Shown: piece by piece, positions 1 to 10,785 of the stretch
Layout: each line of letters begins with the position of its first letter
Numbering within the stretch: the first letter of the stretch is position 1
Source: Macrostomum lignano
Lineage: Eukaryota
Direction of reading: 5' to 3'
Assembly (NCBI GenBank): GCA_002269645.1
Contig: NIVC01005237.1
Coordinates: 1-19,149 of the forward strand
DNA: 19,149 bases
The notes under the pieces: model-generated
What the model was told of the DNA's origin: nothing
What the model saw: the letters and a program-made list of their open reading frames with translations, nothing else
Database searches by the model: none
Program-made: the position numbers and the translations under genes

Positions 1-393
1 AGTCCCCATGTCACAGAGAGTGCACATGCCTGACGATTAGACAGTCAGGGCCTCTGTGCACCCTGTGTGATCGTGCGTAGTACGTTAAATAAAAATTACA
101 TGTAGATCAATTCATTTTAATGATTCTTTTGTGAAAAAAATTGAAGGCAATTCGTGTACTTATGCCGAAAATGTGTTGCATGCATACAGTTTTGAGGTGT
201 GCGATAAAGCCTGACTTGATGCGTAATTCGTGTTTCAGCATCAATTTCTTTCTTTATTATTTTGTGCTTGGATGGCTTCTGGACACTATTATAGTGCTCT
301 TGCTGACTCAGTCGGTCAAACATATCCTGTATGCATCCTTGTATGCATGTGTCAGTCAGTTTATTGGCTTATCTATAATGACTGCTGTCTGTC

Positions 394-510
394 TGTCTAC
401 CTGTCTTCAATGTCTGTCTGGTTTATTCTGTTTTCTGTAACTTTGTGTCTACCTGTCTTCAATGTCTGTCTGGTTTTATTCTGTTTTCTCTAACTTTGTG
501 TCTACCTGTC
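394..510. repeat. Tandem repeat, 52-53 bp unit, ~2.2 copies, in TCTG-rich low-complexity DNA
   Basis: TGTCTACCTGTC recurs at 394, 446 and 499, with near-identical intervening sequence. Confidence 0.85.
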
Positions 511-1123
511 GGTCCATCCGACTGTATGTCTGTCAGTCAGTCTTTCTGTTTGCCTTACTGTTTACCTGGTATAATAACAAAATCTTATGCAAACGTTCTC
601 TCAGCTGAGAATGCAAAACACTTCAGTAGAAAGCAGTTGGAATCTTGCCTATAAGCAGATTGACTGCCAATCTCTAAGCCGTCTAAGGGGACTAGAGTTT
701 GAGAGGCCCACGTTGATTTTGAAATGCACGGCTGTGGAAGATAGATACCCAATTAAAAATGCAGTGGCAATGCATTCCATTGACAAAGACAATGTAGCCA
801 CCCCAAGTTCTGTTGGATGCAAAGTCGTCGTTGGAACTAACGACTTGAAATGTTGCTGTATTTCAAGCGGCTCTGTGGGAAAACTTATTAATGGCGCACG
901 TGGGGCTTCAGACCATTCTCTCCACCTTGTTATGCTTCAATTTCACCTCATAGCAACGCTTTGAAGGCCGGCTTCTAAGTATACAGTATAACGCGGGCAG
1001 AACTGAGCGGCACTAATTTGGCAACAAAAAGTGGCCAGGGCGGCTTGCAAAAGCTACAAAAGCAGCCAACAGTGGGGTGCGAGTAAACATATTTCAAGCT
1101 CCAAAAGTTCAAACTCTAGAGAT

Positions 1124-2258
1124 GTGAGGCTCCTCACAGCCGCATTCGCTCTGCTGGCGACAACCTGCTCGACAGTCACAGGCGATGACCCCGGCAGCTG
1201 CGCCAACCAGAAGCTGTTCTCTTTAGTCCTGCCCCACAGCCTGACGGTGCCGCAGTCCTTCAAGTCCGTGCAGGCAGTTGGCAGCGAGCTGCAGTGCTCT
1301 CTGCAGTGCCGGGCCCAGTCGCGGTGTCTGCTTCGGCTTCTACTGGCAAGAGGCAAGTCTGTCGTGCCAGCTGTTCAGCATCGCTGCGTTCTTCAGCAGC
1401 AAGTCGCTGTGGCAGCCGAACGACAAGCCGGTCGACGTCTTCGCGAAGCCGTTCGACTGTGAGTTTGAATGCAATGGCATAGATGATTTAAGGGAAATAT
1501 TTTGGCCTGTAATCACAGAGATTCCAAGCTCATATTCAAATATCTGTCCTTCGCTTTGGTTGCTGCAGTACCGACAGAAGCAGTTTGAATTTTCATAACT
1601 CCAGCCTGATCGCAACGTACGTGTGTGAGAGCTACCCCAGGTGCTCCCAGTCCAAAACCGCAAGTCCCATGGGTCCGTCCCACAGAGCTCCTGTCCCGCT
1701 TGTTGAATCGCCGTAAATTTTCCGCGACAAATTTCTAAGCAAGCCCCATCCCAACCCGAGCGAAGCATAAAAGGACCATAAAAGTACAACTGGAGTTTCT
1801 CATCAAAACTCGCACTTATTCCGCCAATGTCTCTGTTGCAGCGTCAGCAGAAGCCATCCTGACTGTTCAACGCTGCAGTCAGATCTCTACTCACGGGAGC
1901 GCAGCCTGTGTCGAGCAATCGATGGCAACACGAATCAGAACTTTCACGGAGGCTCCTGCACCCACACCGAAGAGCGTTTTCCATTGGTGGCAGGCCGACC
2001 TCGCTCAGCAGTCCCGCATCACGGCAGTCCGCATCTTCAACAGGCAGGACTGCTGCCGCTCAGAGGCTCAACAACTTCACCCTGCTGGTTGACGATATCG
2101 AGTGCGCCAGGGTGGACGCGGATCCGAGCTTCTCCATCAAGACGGTCAGCTGCCTCGGCTACGGCAGTCGGGTTCGCCTCGTCAGTCGCTTGCCTGGTTG
2201 GGTGTTCAGCCTGTGCGAAGTTGAGCTGCTCGGCTTCACCGTCTCTGCGCTGCCTTAG
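1124..2258 (+). pseudogene. Signal peptide + PAN/apple + F-type lectin (FTP) gene, copy A; exons ~1124-1458 and 1842-2258; frameshifted
   Basis: Hydrophobic leader RLLTAAFALLATTC. PAN-like CSLQC..CFGFYW..SCQLF. GT donor at 1459 and AG acceptor at 1841, phase 1 as in copy B. FTP motifs WWQADL, NRQDCC, SLCEVE. Relative to copy B it has indels near 1321 (+1), 1909 (-1), 1975 (-2) and 2057 (+1), and the ATG at 1122 is out of frame. Confidence 0.8.
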
Positions 2259-2849
2259 TTGGACCGACTGAATGAGTCTTGATGAAAAATCAGCCTAAGG
2301 GTTTTCTAATGATCCTGTTAAACTCTCTTTTGAGTTCCTTTTTCTCATTTTAATTCGTTATTTTTACTAAATGTAACCGGGTTGTGGGCCCATATATGTG
2401 GACCATTTGGTTTTTTCAGTCTGATTTCTGAAGTCATAGTTTGTCGGCCCCATCATATTTTGTTATTTACATTCTTAATAAACTCTCAATACGTTAACTC
2501 GATTCCCTCTTCCCGCCCTCTCCACAATGCTAAAGCAAAAGCCCCACCATTGATGCATTGCTGTACCTCTCCCGTCTAGCCCAGCTAACTAAACCTGTTG
2601 GTAAGGTGGCTCCAATCTGAAGCCGTTTGTTGAAGCGTCGTGGTCATTCAGGCCTCAGTCTCCCGTGAGGTGAGGGTCCGGTTGAAACGAAGAGATAAAC
2701 AAGACGAGCGAAATCTGCACATAATGCAGTTTTGCAAATTCTGCAATTTTAAGTAAACTATAAACTAAGACAGCTTTGATTGAGTTTTTCTGTCTGTCAA
2801 TATGTTTACTCATGGCACTTCGGGATGGGGTCCGAATTGAGGTGCAGTC

Positions 2850-2851
<2 letters not shown>

Positions 2852-2899
<48 letters not shown>
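2852..2899. repeat. (CT)24 microsatellite
   Basis: Perfect dinucleotide run. Confidence 0.98.
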
Positions 2900-2901
<2 letters not shown>

Positions 2902-4787
2902 GCTTTCAGGAATCTCTATTGGATGTAGCTGTTCCTTGCGAGATGAGGACCGTTTGTGGACCACTGCACACCTTGAGCACAACAAGATGACAGTCATTGC
3001 AATGGGGCTCTGACTGGACCTCAATATGAATCCTCTCAATTATGCGTTTTACTTCTTCTTCTTCGAATTAAGTCACCTTTATAACTTCCTCTGATTGTTA
3101 GTGTCAATTGTGTTCTTATCTGTTTCTTAGAACTCACAGTCATAAGTGGTAGATATACTACATGCGATGCTGTACCCTGCGATCGCTGGGGCCAGAGTCC
3201 ACAGTTTTTTAAAACGTGTCCAAATCCTCCTGGAAGAGATCCCGAAGCCGCACGGAGGTCTGTAACCCTAACACCGTCGTTATCAAGGCAGACAGTAGGG
3301 CAGGGGTCGGCAAACCGACCCTTTCGAACTTCACAATAGCAATCTGACCCACTAGCTTATGGTTCGATCATGTCTCTGCTCTATTCATTTTGCTTTTCCG
3401 CAGTAATAAGCAAATTTCTAAAATACCAATAACAAACTTTAATTACAACAGTCTAGCTTACACAACTTATTGTCAATAAGATGGCGAGCAAAGCAATTAT
3501 AGGTTAGCAAACAAGAGTGCACAGATTGCAACGCACTCAATTAGAGTCAATATTTTGTATGAAATCCACAGTGTAGTACTGGCTCTCCCTGGTTTTCCAT
3601 TGCGTCTAAAGTCGTTAAACAGCGCTTCTGCACCAGAAATGCAACAATTTTCCCCTAGAAGTGTTGCTATGCTGTTTTAACTGGTGCCAGTTGATGAAGA
3701 TAATGGAATGAGCTGCAATTTGGCTACTCAAACTAGCTGATAATAATTGGTTGTTTACCGACACCTGAGAAAGTTGAAACAGCTGAAACACCTGAAGCTG
3801 AAACTGAAACTGGAAGCTGAAACACCTGAGAAAGCAGGCAGCTGAAAAACTAAAAAATAGACTTTCATTGTATAGTATCTTCTTGCAGTTACCTGTTTTC
3901 TAGCCTGGTCGATTCTGTGATGGCCTGGGCTGGGAATCGCTCCGCAGCCCTGGCCATATGGTCTGCCGCTCCCACTGACTATGTTTGTTTGCACTCTGTT
4001 TGTTCCCCTCACTGACTCACCGGAGTCACCCCTTCTGAACACTTCCCCATGCTACGTATGCACCATTCGTACGCGTGTTCCATGCATCGTGCCACAGCGC
4101 GCCTGGCTATGTTGGGGCCCAGGAGCCCGCAAATATATGGCGAAGCTAGACGATACGGTTTGGTTTACATCTCTTATTCCTGTCTGCCACTCGGGAGCCA
4201 ATTCCCAGTGCATAGCGAATCAAGACTTCGTTCTCGAGTCATTACAGATTCCCCCACCCAGAAATCTAAAAAACGTTCGTTCTCCGCGTCTCCGTACAAC
4301 GCTTCTCAAAGCTTTAAGCTGAGTGATCGATAAATCGAATGATTGATCGATTGATGAATAAAAACATCTTCAGCTGTATAAATAAGTGATAGAAAACCCA
4401 GATTAATAAATTGACTTGATCATTAGTCCTTTTTGTTAGAAGCAGAAATATGACTTTTATGCTATCTATTGTTTTTGGTTTATTTCGAGTTTTTATGAAA
4501 TTTTACCTTCAAGCCACACAGTCAAACGGACACACTGAAACCGGACATGGTTATTCGGACACGCATATAAAACTTTATTTGAGTTGAAAAGGGTTCTCCG
4601 TTCTCCTATATTGTCAAGCTGTTGAACAGAATTTTTTACTAGACAACTGAAGTTGAAGAACGCTACGCTCAGATTTTCTTAGAAATGAGCTCGAGACGAA
4701 TAAAGAACTTGATATTTTCCATATTGCTAGTGCATCATCTCGAAAATTAATTAATTAATTAATTATTAATTAGGCTTAATTAATAGC

Positions 4788-5685
4788 CTAAGGCAGCGCA
4801 GAGACGGTGAAGCCGAGAACCTCAACTTCGCACAGGCTGAACACCACATCACGCAAGCGACTGACGAGGCGAACCCGACTACCGTAGCCGAGGCAGCTGA
4901 CCGTCTTGATGGAGAAGCTCTGAGCTACGTCCACCCTGGCGCACTCGATATCGTCAACCAGCAGGGTGAAGTTGTTGAGCCTCTGAGCGCAGCAGTCCTG
5001 TCTGTTGAAGATGCGGACTGCCGTGATGCGGGACTGCTGAGTGAGGTCAGCCTGCCACCACTGGAAGTCGCCTCCGCCGGTGTGGGTGCAGGAGCCTCCG
5101 AAAAAGTTCTGATCCGTGTTACCATCGATTGCTAGACCGCAGGGTGCGCTCCAGGAAGTAGAGATCTGACTGCAGCGTTGAACAGTCAGGATGGATTCTG
5201 CTGACGCTGAAACAGCAAAAACTGCGAAATCAAAGAGACAATAGACTGTAGTTAATCCCTGGACTGCAGATTGTTTACTGCATCCCTATTGTTCTCTAAC
5301 GCGCATATTTAACAAACAGTTCCGTGTAAAACTCACAGTCAAACGGTTTCGTGAAGACGTAGACTGACTTGGCTCTCGACTTGGCGCTCGGCTGCCACAG
5401 CGACTTGCTGAAGAACGCAGCGATGCTAAACAGCTGGCACGACAGACTCGCCTCTTGCCAGTAGAAGCCGAAGCAGACACCGGACTGGGCCCTGCACTGC
5501 AGAGAGCACTGCAGCTCGCTGCCAACTGCCTGCACGGACTCGAAGGACTGCGGCACCGTCAGGCTGTGGGTCTAGGCTAAAGAGAACAGCTTCTGGTTGG
5601 CGCAGCTGCCGGGGTCATTGCCTGCGACTCCAGCGTTGGTGCTAACTAACCATGCAGAAATGACTAGAATGCCAGTATGTTTCAT
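4788..5685 (-). pseudogene. Signal peptide + PAN/apple + F-type lectin gene, copy B; exons 5685-5337 and 5206-4788 (255 codons plus stop); one in-frame TAG at 5574-5572
   Basis: ATG 5685 begins MKHTGILVISAWLV. 130-bp GT-AG phase-1 intron. Exon 2 is fully open: AIDGNTDQNFFGGSCTHT..WWQADL..NRQDCCAQRL..SLCEVEV, with the exact H-X26-R-X-D-X4-R fucose-binding motif. Premature stop in exon 1. Confidence 0.85.
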
Positions 5686-6908
5686 TTCTAGTTCTTACAA
5701 AGCCTCTTCTCTCTCCGCTGCTGAGTTTCACTGAAGGTTGGGGTTTTTATCCAGCTTTAGTAGGTTCAGTATTAGCTATTTGGTCACTACGTATCCTTCA
5801 CTGCATCCTCCGGAATACGTTCTTTTAAAATTATCAGTTTTTTCTTGCCTCTGTAACTGTCATTGTTCAGAAAAAGACGGTTTGACACATTCATGTGAAA
5901 AGCAGAAAAGTGTGTAGACATTACGCTGTACAGCTGTATAATTTCCAAAAAGAATTCTTCAGTGACTCTTCTCCTATTCTCCTTTGAATTGGAAACTGTC
6001 ACAAAAATTCTAATATGAGAACTGAAGCAGGTTTACCTGTCGCTTCCCTGGCTTAGTAGTTCCTTCAATGGCGGAACCTCCTGCGGACCATACCGGTACT
6101 CGTACAGACGGGGATATCATATTACCATCAGGCGACCCTCGAGTCAACATTATTATATGAATTCTATGCGTATACTCGTAGCTTCTAAACCGATACGAGT
6201 ATGTCATTTGACAGATGAATAAACTCATCATTACTGTATCAATTTTTCCATCAAATTGATTGATTGGCTCCCAACAAATTTGAAACCATGCTAGCGTAGA
6301 CAAATGCCAGAACGAGGACTTAACAAGGGGGTTCTTTTGATCAAGAGAGCGGTATCAAACAAGGCTTTGCTTTTTCGATTAGGTATGAGCTATCCTGACT
6401 CCGCATCTAAGGGCCTTCATTTCTAAACTAGGTTGTGTTTGTACTTTAGTTAGACATATACAGTATTGTTGCGTTAAATTGGCCAATTTTACAGTATTTT
6501 AACCTCAGTTTCTCCTCTACATCTAGTTTAGCTAATTACTAGAAGTAACAATCAAGAAGTTTGATTCCTGCACTTAATCGTCAATGATGCGTCCGATTTC
6601 ACTAAGTATTTATTGACGATATAGGTATACGGGTTACCAAAGGAGCTGGAAGTACAATTAATTATCTAATAATTTCAAAAGCTTAACCAGGTCTCGTCCA
6701 GGGTGAGGGTGCGGGAACGAGTACAGGTCCAAGAGAATAACCAATAAGTGGGTTGACGTAGAGCCGAACGAGTCGAAAAGGAGCCGCAGGAGTCATAAAC
6801 GGCAGGGAAGATGGGCTTTCTAAAAAGCGCTGAAATTGCGTACGATAGGCATGACTCGTGAATCACAGAACTTTGAACTGCCTTCGATCGACGTCGCCAA
6901 GCAACCGA

Positions 6909-7002
6909 GTGACGTCACCTGCCTGGCCGTACCGTGATTGGCTACTAAAATGGGGTTGTTGCGCGGCTTAAGGTGGGGTGGGGTAAAGTTTGACGTCACG
7001 TG
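6909..7002. promoter_or_regulatory. Candidate host promoter: two CRE palindromes, CCAAT box, GT-box, E-box
   Basis: TGACGTCA at 6910 and 6991; ATTGG at 6937; GGTGGGGTGGGG at ~6972; CACGTG at 6997. Target gene not identified. Confidence 0.4.
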
Positions 7003-7292
7003 AATTTGGAGAAGTAGCTTACGGAAAAGAGAAAGAGCCCATTTAGTCGTTGACATAATCTCCAAGTGAAATATTTTTGAGGCCCTGAATTGTTTCAGAA
7101 AACACTCGCTTTGACATCCTGAAAAGCATCGAATTAACAATTTTGAGTACACCTAATTTTTTAGCGTCTTTTCCAAATTACATTAATGATTAACCATTCC
7201 TACATTAACATGACGTGAACCTATACATTAGTAGCTATTGTGCGGTACCATTTGCCCCTGACAGATTTCATCAGCTGGGAAATCTATAGCTT

Positions 7293-7298
7293 CATGTT
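7293..7298 (+). repeat. Left 6-bp target-site duplication CATGTT
   Basis: Directly abuts the left TIR; identical to 17757-17762. Confidence 0.93.
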
Positions 7299-7892
7299 AC
7301 TACTAAGGACTGGCAGATGGCTCGATTTTGCGAAGGTCCGTCGGGCTGATGTCGGCCTCTAGCACCGCGGCAAGGTGCTCCCTCGGGGTGTACCACCTCC
7401 CCCCGGGGTGTACCTCCAGCGGGGTGGGTGTCCAGCGAGTGTACCTCCAGCGGGGTGGGCCTCCCGCGAGTGTACATCCGGCCGGCTGGGCGTCCAGCGA
7501 GTGTACCTTCAGCGCATGGGCCTCCCTCGGGGTGTACATCCGGCGGGGGGATTCCCGCCCCTCCCACCAATGTCGTGTGCACGCGGTTAGTGTAGGAAGG
7601 AAACCCCCGATGCTGACGCAGCCCTGTACACTGAGCAACCGGCCCCCCATGCGGGGGACAGAGAGCAGCCCTGTAGCAGGAGGGGTAGTGCGTGGAGAGC
7701 CGCCATCCCCCTGTAGCAGGGGACAGATAACAGGCGACCCCTGTAGCAGTATGAGGTGGGGTACAAAGAGACACGGGGTGCTGGGACAGAGAGTGCGTGG
7801 AGGCACCCTGCGCTGCCCTGGCATGTCGCAGCACGCGGCGTGGACAGAGAGGGAGTGTGAGTCACACGGAGGGACAGAGAGCTCCCCCCAGG
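7299..7892 (+). repeat. Left terminal inverted repeat (~594 bp)
   Basis: Reverse complement of 17167-17756; starts ACTACTAAGGACTGGCAGATGG. Differences seen are mostly homopolymer-length changes. Confidence 0.95.
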
Positions 7893-7983
7893 GCAGTAGA
7901 GGACTTGAAAAGAAAAAACACGTATTTTAGTTGTTTCAGGTTCAGGCCATCCGGCAAACAGAGCAAAGCTCTCCAACAGTGTT

Positions 7984-8613
7984 TTATTTAGCATAAACTA
8001 CGGGGTAGCGCCCCAACACATTAGCATAGTAGCGAACAGATGCGTTCTGCAAGCAATTAACAATCAAGTAGGAGTAGGGCTCCCTAGTGGCGTCTTCGTA
8101 CATTTGAACAAAACTTTTTGGGTTAGCGGGGACAAGCTGCTTTGCAATATGGGCGACTGTACTAACGTCCCGTACATTGCGGAACAATACAAGGTAGTTT
8201 GCGTTAAGGGATTGAGTGCGGTGCTCCTTGCCCTTGGCAAACAGGTTTTGTACAAGGTACCAAAGCCGGAATCCCACATGGCTGACTTTGCGAGTGAAAA
8301 ATGCGGTAAAAGCAGCGTTTTTTTCCATGGCTTGCATTTGATCATCGACAACGAGTAGAATATTCGGAGCGGGAACATAGGTTTCAGGGTTAAATGTAGA
8401 CGAGCGAAAATTGACAGGGTACGGTAATTCAAACAGTTCCGGGTCTGGATAGTGCCCAAACCAATCAACGCGAACAGGCTTAGGGTCCTGAAAAAACTCG
8501 TTTCGCAGCAATTCTTTAACAAGAGTTGTTTTTCCGCTCTGGTTAACACCAGCAAAAATCGCCGAAGTATTTGGAGCAAACTTTAGAGCGTCAGGATCAA
8601 TTGTTTGGTACAT
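7984..8613 (-). CDS. FtsK/HerA (A32-like) genome-packaging ATPase, 209 aa from ATG 8613
   Basis: Walker A AGVNQSGKT, Walker B LLVVDD, LVQNLF and RTQSLNANYLVLFRN motifs typical of Polinton ATPases. Confidence 0.92.
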   Translation of the reverse strand: MYQTIDPDALKFAPNTSAIFAGVNQSGKTTLVKELLRNEFFQDPKPVRVDWFGHYPDPELFELPYPVNFRSSTFNPETYVPAPNILLVVDDQMQAMEKNAAFTAFFTRKVSHVGFRLWYLVQNLFAKGKEHRTQSLNANYLVLFRNVRDVSTVAHIAKQLVPANPKSFVQMYEDATREPYSYLIVNCLQNASVRYYANVLGRYPVVYAK

Positions 8614-8647
8614 TTTCAGGGCGAGTTGACACTCCAAATATTAAAAA

Positions 8648-9084
8648 CTATTTTATTTGTAGAACATGTTTTCGAACCATCAAATCATTTTCAAGCAGAT
8701 TGGTAGAGTAACATTCCCTTAAAATCTTTTCAATCGACAACCCCTCTAAAAAGTGCTTTTCGGCCACAAAAATCACATGCGGCCCACACGCTACACTTAG
8801 AGGGTGTTGAACAGGGTGGCGATTCATAGCAACAGGTGAATGTACATGCTTCGAGATCCAAGCCGAGAGCAATTCCGGCACGGGTTCAATACACAGGGGT
8901 CAAAAAATGTCACACTCTTATCATCGTGTAGGCAAATCAGTCCCCAGTGGGTGCCTGGCAGATTACCCGTGTCAAAATTAATTACATATGCAGCAGGGTA
9001 AACAGGTGCAGGAATTCTGTCGAGAGGGCAAACGTGCACTTCCACAGGTAGTTTTAAACGCTCCAAAATTTCCAACGTGTTCAT
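8648..9084 (-). CDS. Adenain-like cysteine maturation protease, ~145 aa, split by one missing base near 8882-8899
   Basis: Catalytic set GTHW (His), FFDP (Asp), VQHP (Gln), VACG (Cys) is spread over ORFs 8824-9084 and 8648-8881. Adding one C to a C-run joins them. Confidence 0.88.
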
Positions 9085-10363
9085 ACGTAGTCCAGAATGG
9101 GCTGGCGGCCTCTAGTGATTTGCACCGCGTTGTCAAAGTAACCAAACACCAAAACGTTAATCCCGGCAGGTAGGGCTGCAGAAAACTTTATCTGTAGGGT
9201 CAGATTCCCTCTCTCGCGAGGCATGCTATGTCCACCCAGTTCCATGTCGGGCATTAGATTCCACGCAAATAAGCAGTAACCGGCGCGATAATCCGAATAT
9301 GACAGGTCAATGTCCAAATCGCGATTCATTTTCCCTAGGCTCTTAAACAGCATGGCGTATTCGCGAGCATAGTTTTGGGCAGCGAACCTTGGAGTGAATG
9401 GTTGACCGCACAGACTGACACCGTCCTTGTACAGGGCCACACTGTCCGCCCCAAATGGCTCGAAATTGAACGGATTATGGGTGGCCACCCCGTTATATGC
9501 GGCACTATTGACCATCCCATAATGACAAGTTTAGGCTTCTGCTCCGGGAAAATATTATTGATTGACACGTCGCGAACTCCTACAGCGACAGAGGTGTTGT
9601 GTACAACGAGGCGCTCGATGGGGTAGACTGCATTCTGAGTCGCCAGCTGTTCTTCAATCTCCAAGGCCAGTTGGGGGTTAGCCTTTACCCGACGAACGTG
9701 TAATTTTGCACTTTGAAGAACCAACTTTGCATCAACCCCTTCGGCGTGATTCTCTACAACGAATCCCGAATTTTGCAGAGTGAGCGTAACCACCATATCA
9801 GTGTAGGGTAGCAGCATACGATCGTTGGTGACAAAAAAGTCGAGACTAAGAGGGCCATACAGGTGAAATGTTCGAGAACCGGCAGCCATCGCCTTGCGAG
9901 TTACAAAGCCAGGATTTCCAACCGCAGCCATTTGACCCCCAGCGTCTTTAGCGTAGCCCATCATCCGCAGTTGGTTAGACTTTGAATCAGACCCATAACT
10001 CAAGCATGTACGAATGTACGCCTTGTAGGCGTGGTTGTTGTTGCTAGACTCGATATGTGTACCATTTATGGAAAGAGACACGTTTTTGAACATGGTCTCC
10101 AAGAGGTAATTGATTGGCGCCACGTTTGAATCCGCCGCCAAATCGGCTCCATTAGCTCTTTTAATACAACCTTTAATCTCGAGATCAATGTCATTAAGAT
10201 CGACAAACGTCTCGCCGCCCACAATTCTAAACTCAACCACACTCGCATTTTCGACGCTGGCAACCGGGTGGATTTCTTCAGTAGTTGAACCTACAGCGGC
10301 AATCTGGTGGGCTCGAGGGGCAAAGAGCTCAAACTCGGACTTTGTACACAGACACTCGGACAT
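9081..10363 (-). CDS. Major capsid protein (double jelly-roll, Polinton type), ~427 aa, split by one missing G at 9516-9518
   Basis: MSECLCTKSEFELF start, VEFRI, DLNDIDL, NNNHAYKAY, AYNG..NPFNF, GYCLFAWNL, GNLTLQIKF and DNAVQI match Polinton capsid motifs. ORFs 9335-10363 and 9081-9515 join at MG/MVN. Confidence 0.9.
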
Positions 10364-10392
10364 GTTTAGTAGACAGACTCGATTCGGCGAAT

Positions 10393-10737
10393 CTAATTGA
10401 AGCGGGGCTTTTTATTTATAGTGCTGAAAATGTCTGAATTGAGACGCTTCGGAGCCTTTTTTCTTCTTCGTCCGCTACCCCTTTGGGTAACCGTGTCTTT
10501 AAAGGCGTCCTTGGCAGCCTGAACAGAATTGCGCAGGACAGACTCCTTCAAATTGCCTCCTTGCTCGAGGCTATCGTTAACAGTAGTTGCTAGGGCTCTA
10601 GTACCATGACGGAGAACGTTTTTACCAAAACTCTTTAGAATTGGCAGCGCGAAGCGGGCAATGCTTCCAAACAAACCGTTGCCCCTCTGGGCGCCCGCGA
10701 AAACAGGCAAAGCTCCACCAATCAGAATAGAAGGCAT
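10393..10737 (-). CDS. Small basic virion protein with amphipathic helix (pVI/cupiennin-like core protein), 114 aa
   Basis: QRGNGLFGSIARFALPILKSFGKNVLRHG, a second QRGSG, and an Arg/Lys tail. Lies between penton and major capsid as in adintoviruses. Confidence 0.7.
   Translation of the reverse strand: MPSILIGGALPVFAGAQRGNGLFGSIARFALPILKSFGKNVLRHGTRALATTVNDSLEQGGNLKESVLRNSVQAAKDAFKDTVTQRGSGRRRKKAPKRLNSDIFSTINKKPRFN
10413..10420 (-). promoter_or_regulatory. TATAAATA motif upstream of the major capsid gene
   Basis: 49 nt before ATG 10363; extends to AATAAA. Confidence 0.65.
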
Positions 10738-10777
10738 GATTAAGCACTAGGATATAGTTTACTGAGGCTGTGCTGTT

Positions 10778-10785
10778 TATTTATA
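10778..10785 (-). promoter_or_regulatory. TATAAATA motif upstream of the pVI-like gene
   Basis: 40 nt before ATG 10737; contains the penton stop codon and AATAAA. Confidence 0.65.

Noticed and set aside
117-964. Short ORFs in the first kilobase
   Set aside because: Derived from TCTG-rich and tandem repeats or lacking any motif.
1340-1789. 149-aa minus-strand ORF across lectin copy A
   Set aside because: Antisense to the PAN exon and the intron; no domain signature.
3769-3850. Short GCTGAAAC / ACACCTGAGAAAG reiterations
   Set aside because: Irregular local duplications with no phase, partner repeat or coding signal.
4517-4562. CAGTCAAAC..CGGACA stretch resembling a Tc1/pogo terminal repeat
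   Set aside because: No matching opposite end or TA duplication was found in the window.
5787-6303. Minus-strand ORFs possibly belonging to a host gene
   Set aside because: No recognisable domain, and a consistent exon chain could not be built by eye.
7388-7560. CRISPR-like reading of the regularly spaced GTGTAC repeats
   Set aside because: The core is only 6-10 bp, the intervening sequences are related to each other rather than unique spacers, there are no cas genes, and the context is eukaryotic.
7292-7994. Long ORFs on both strands over the left TIR, and their mirror images at 17030-17766
   Set aside because: GC-rich repeat DNA lacks stop codons; frames are not preserved between the two TIRs; the translations are low-complexity.
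8064-8579. 171-codon +1-frame ORF overprinting the ATPase
   Set aside because: TTG start, first ATG only at codon 68, no recognisable motif. It would need conservation in sister elements to be reconsidered.
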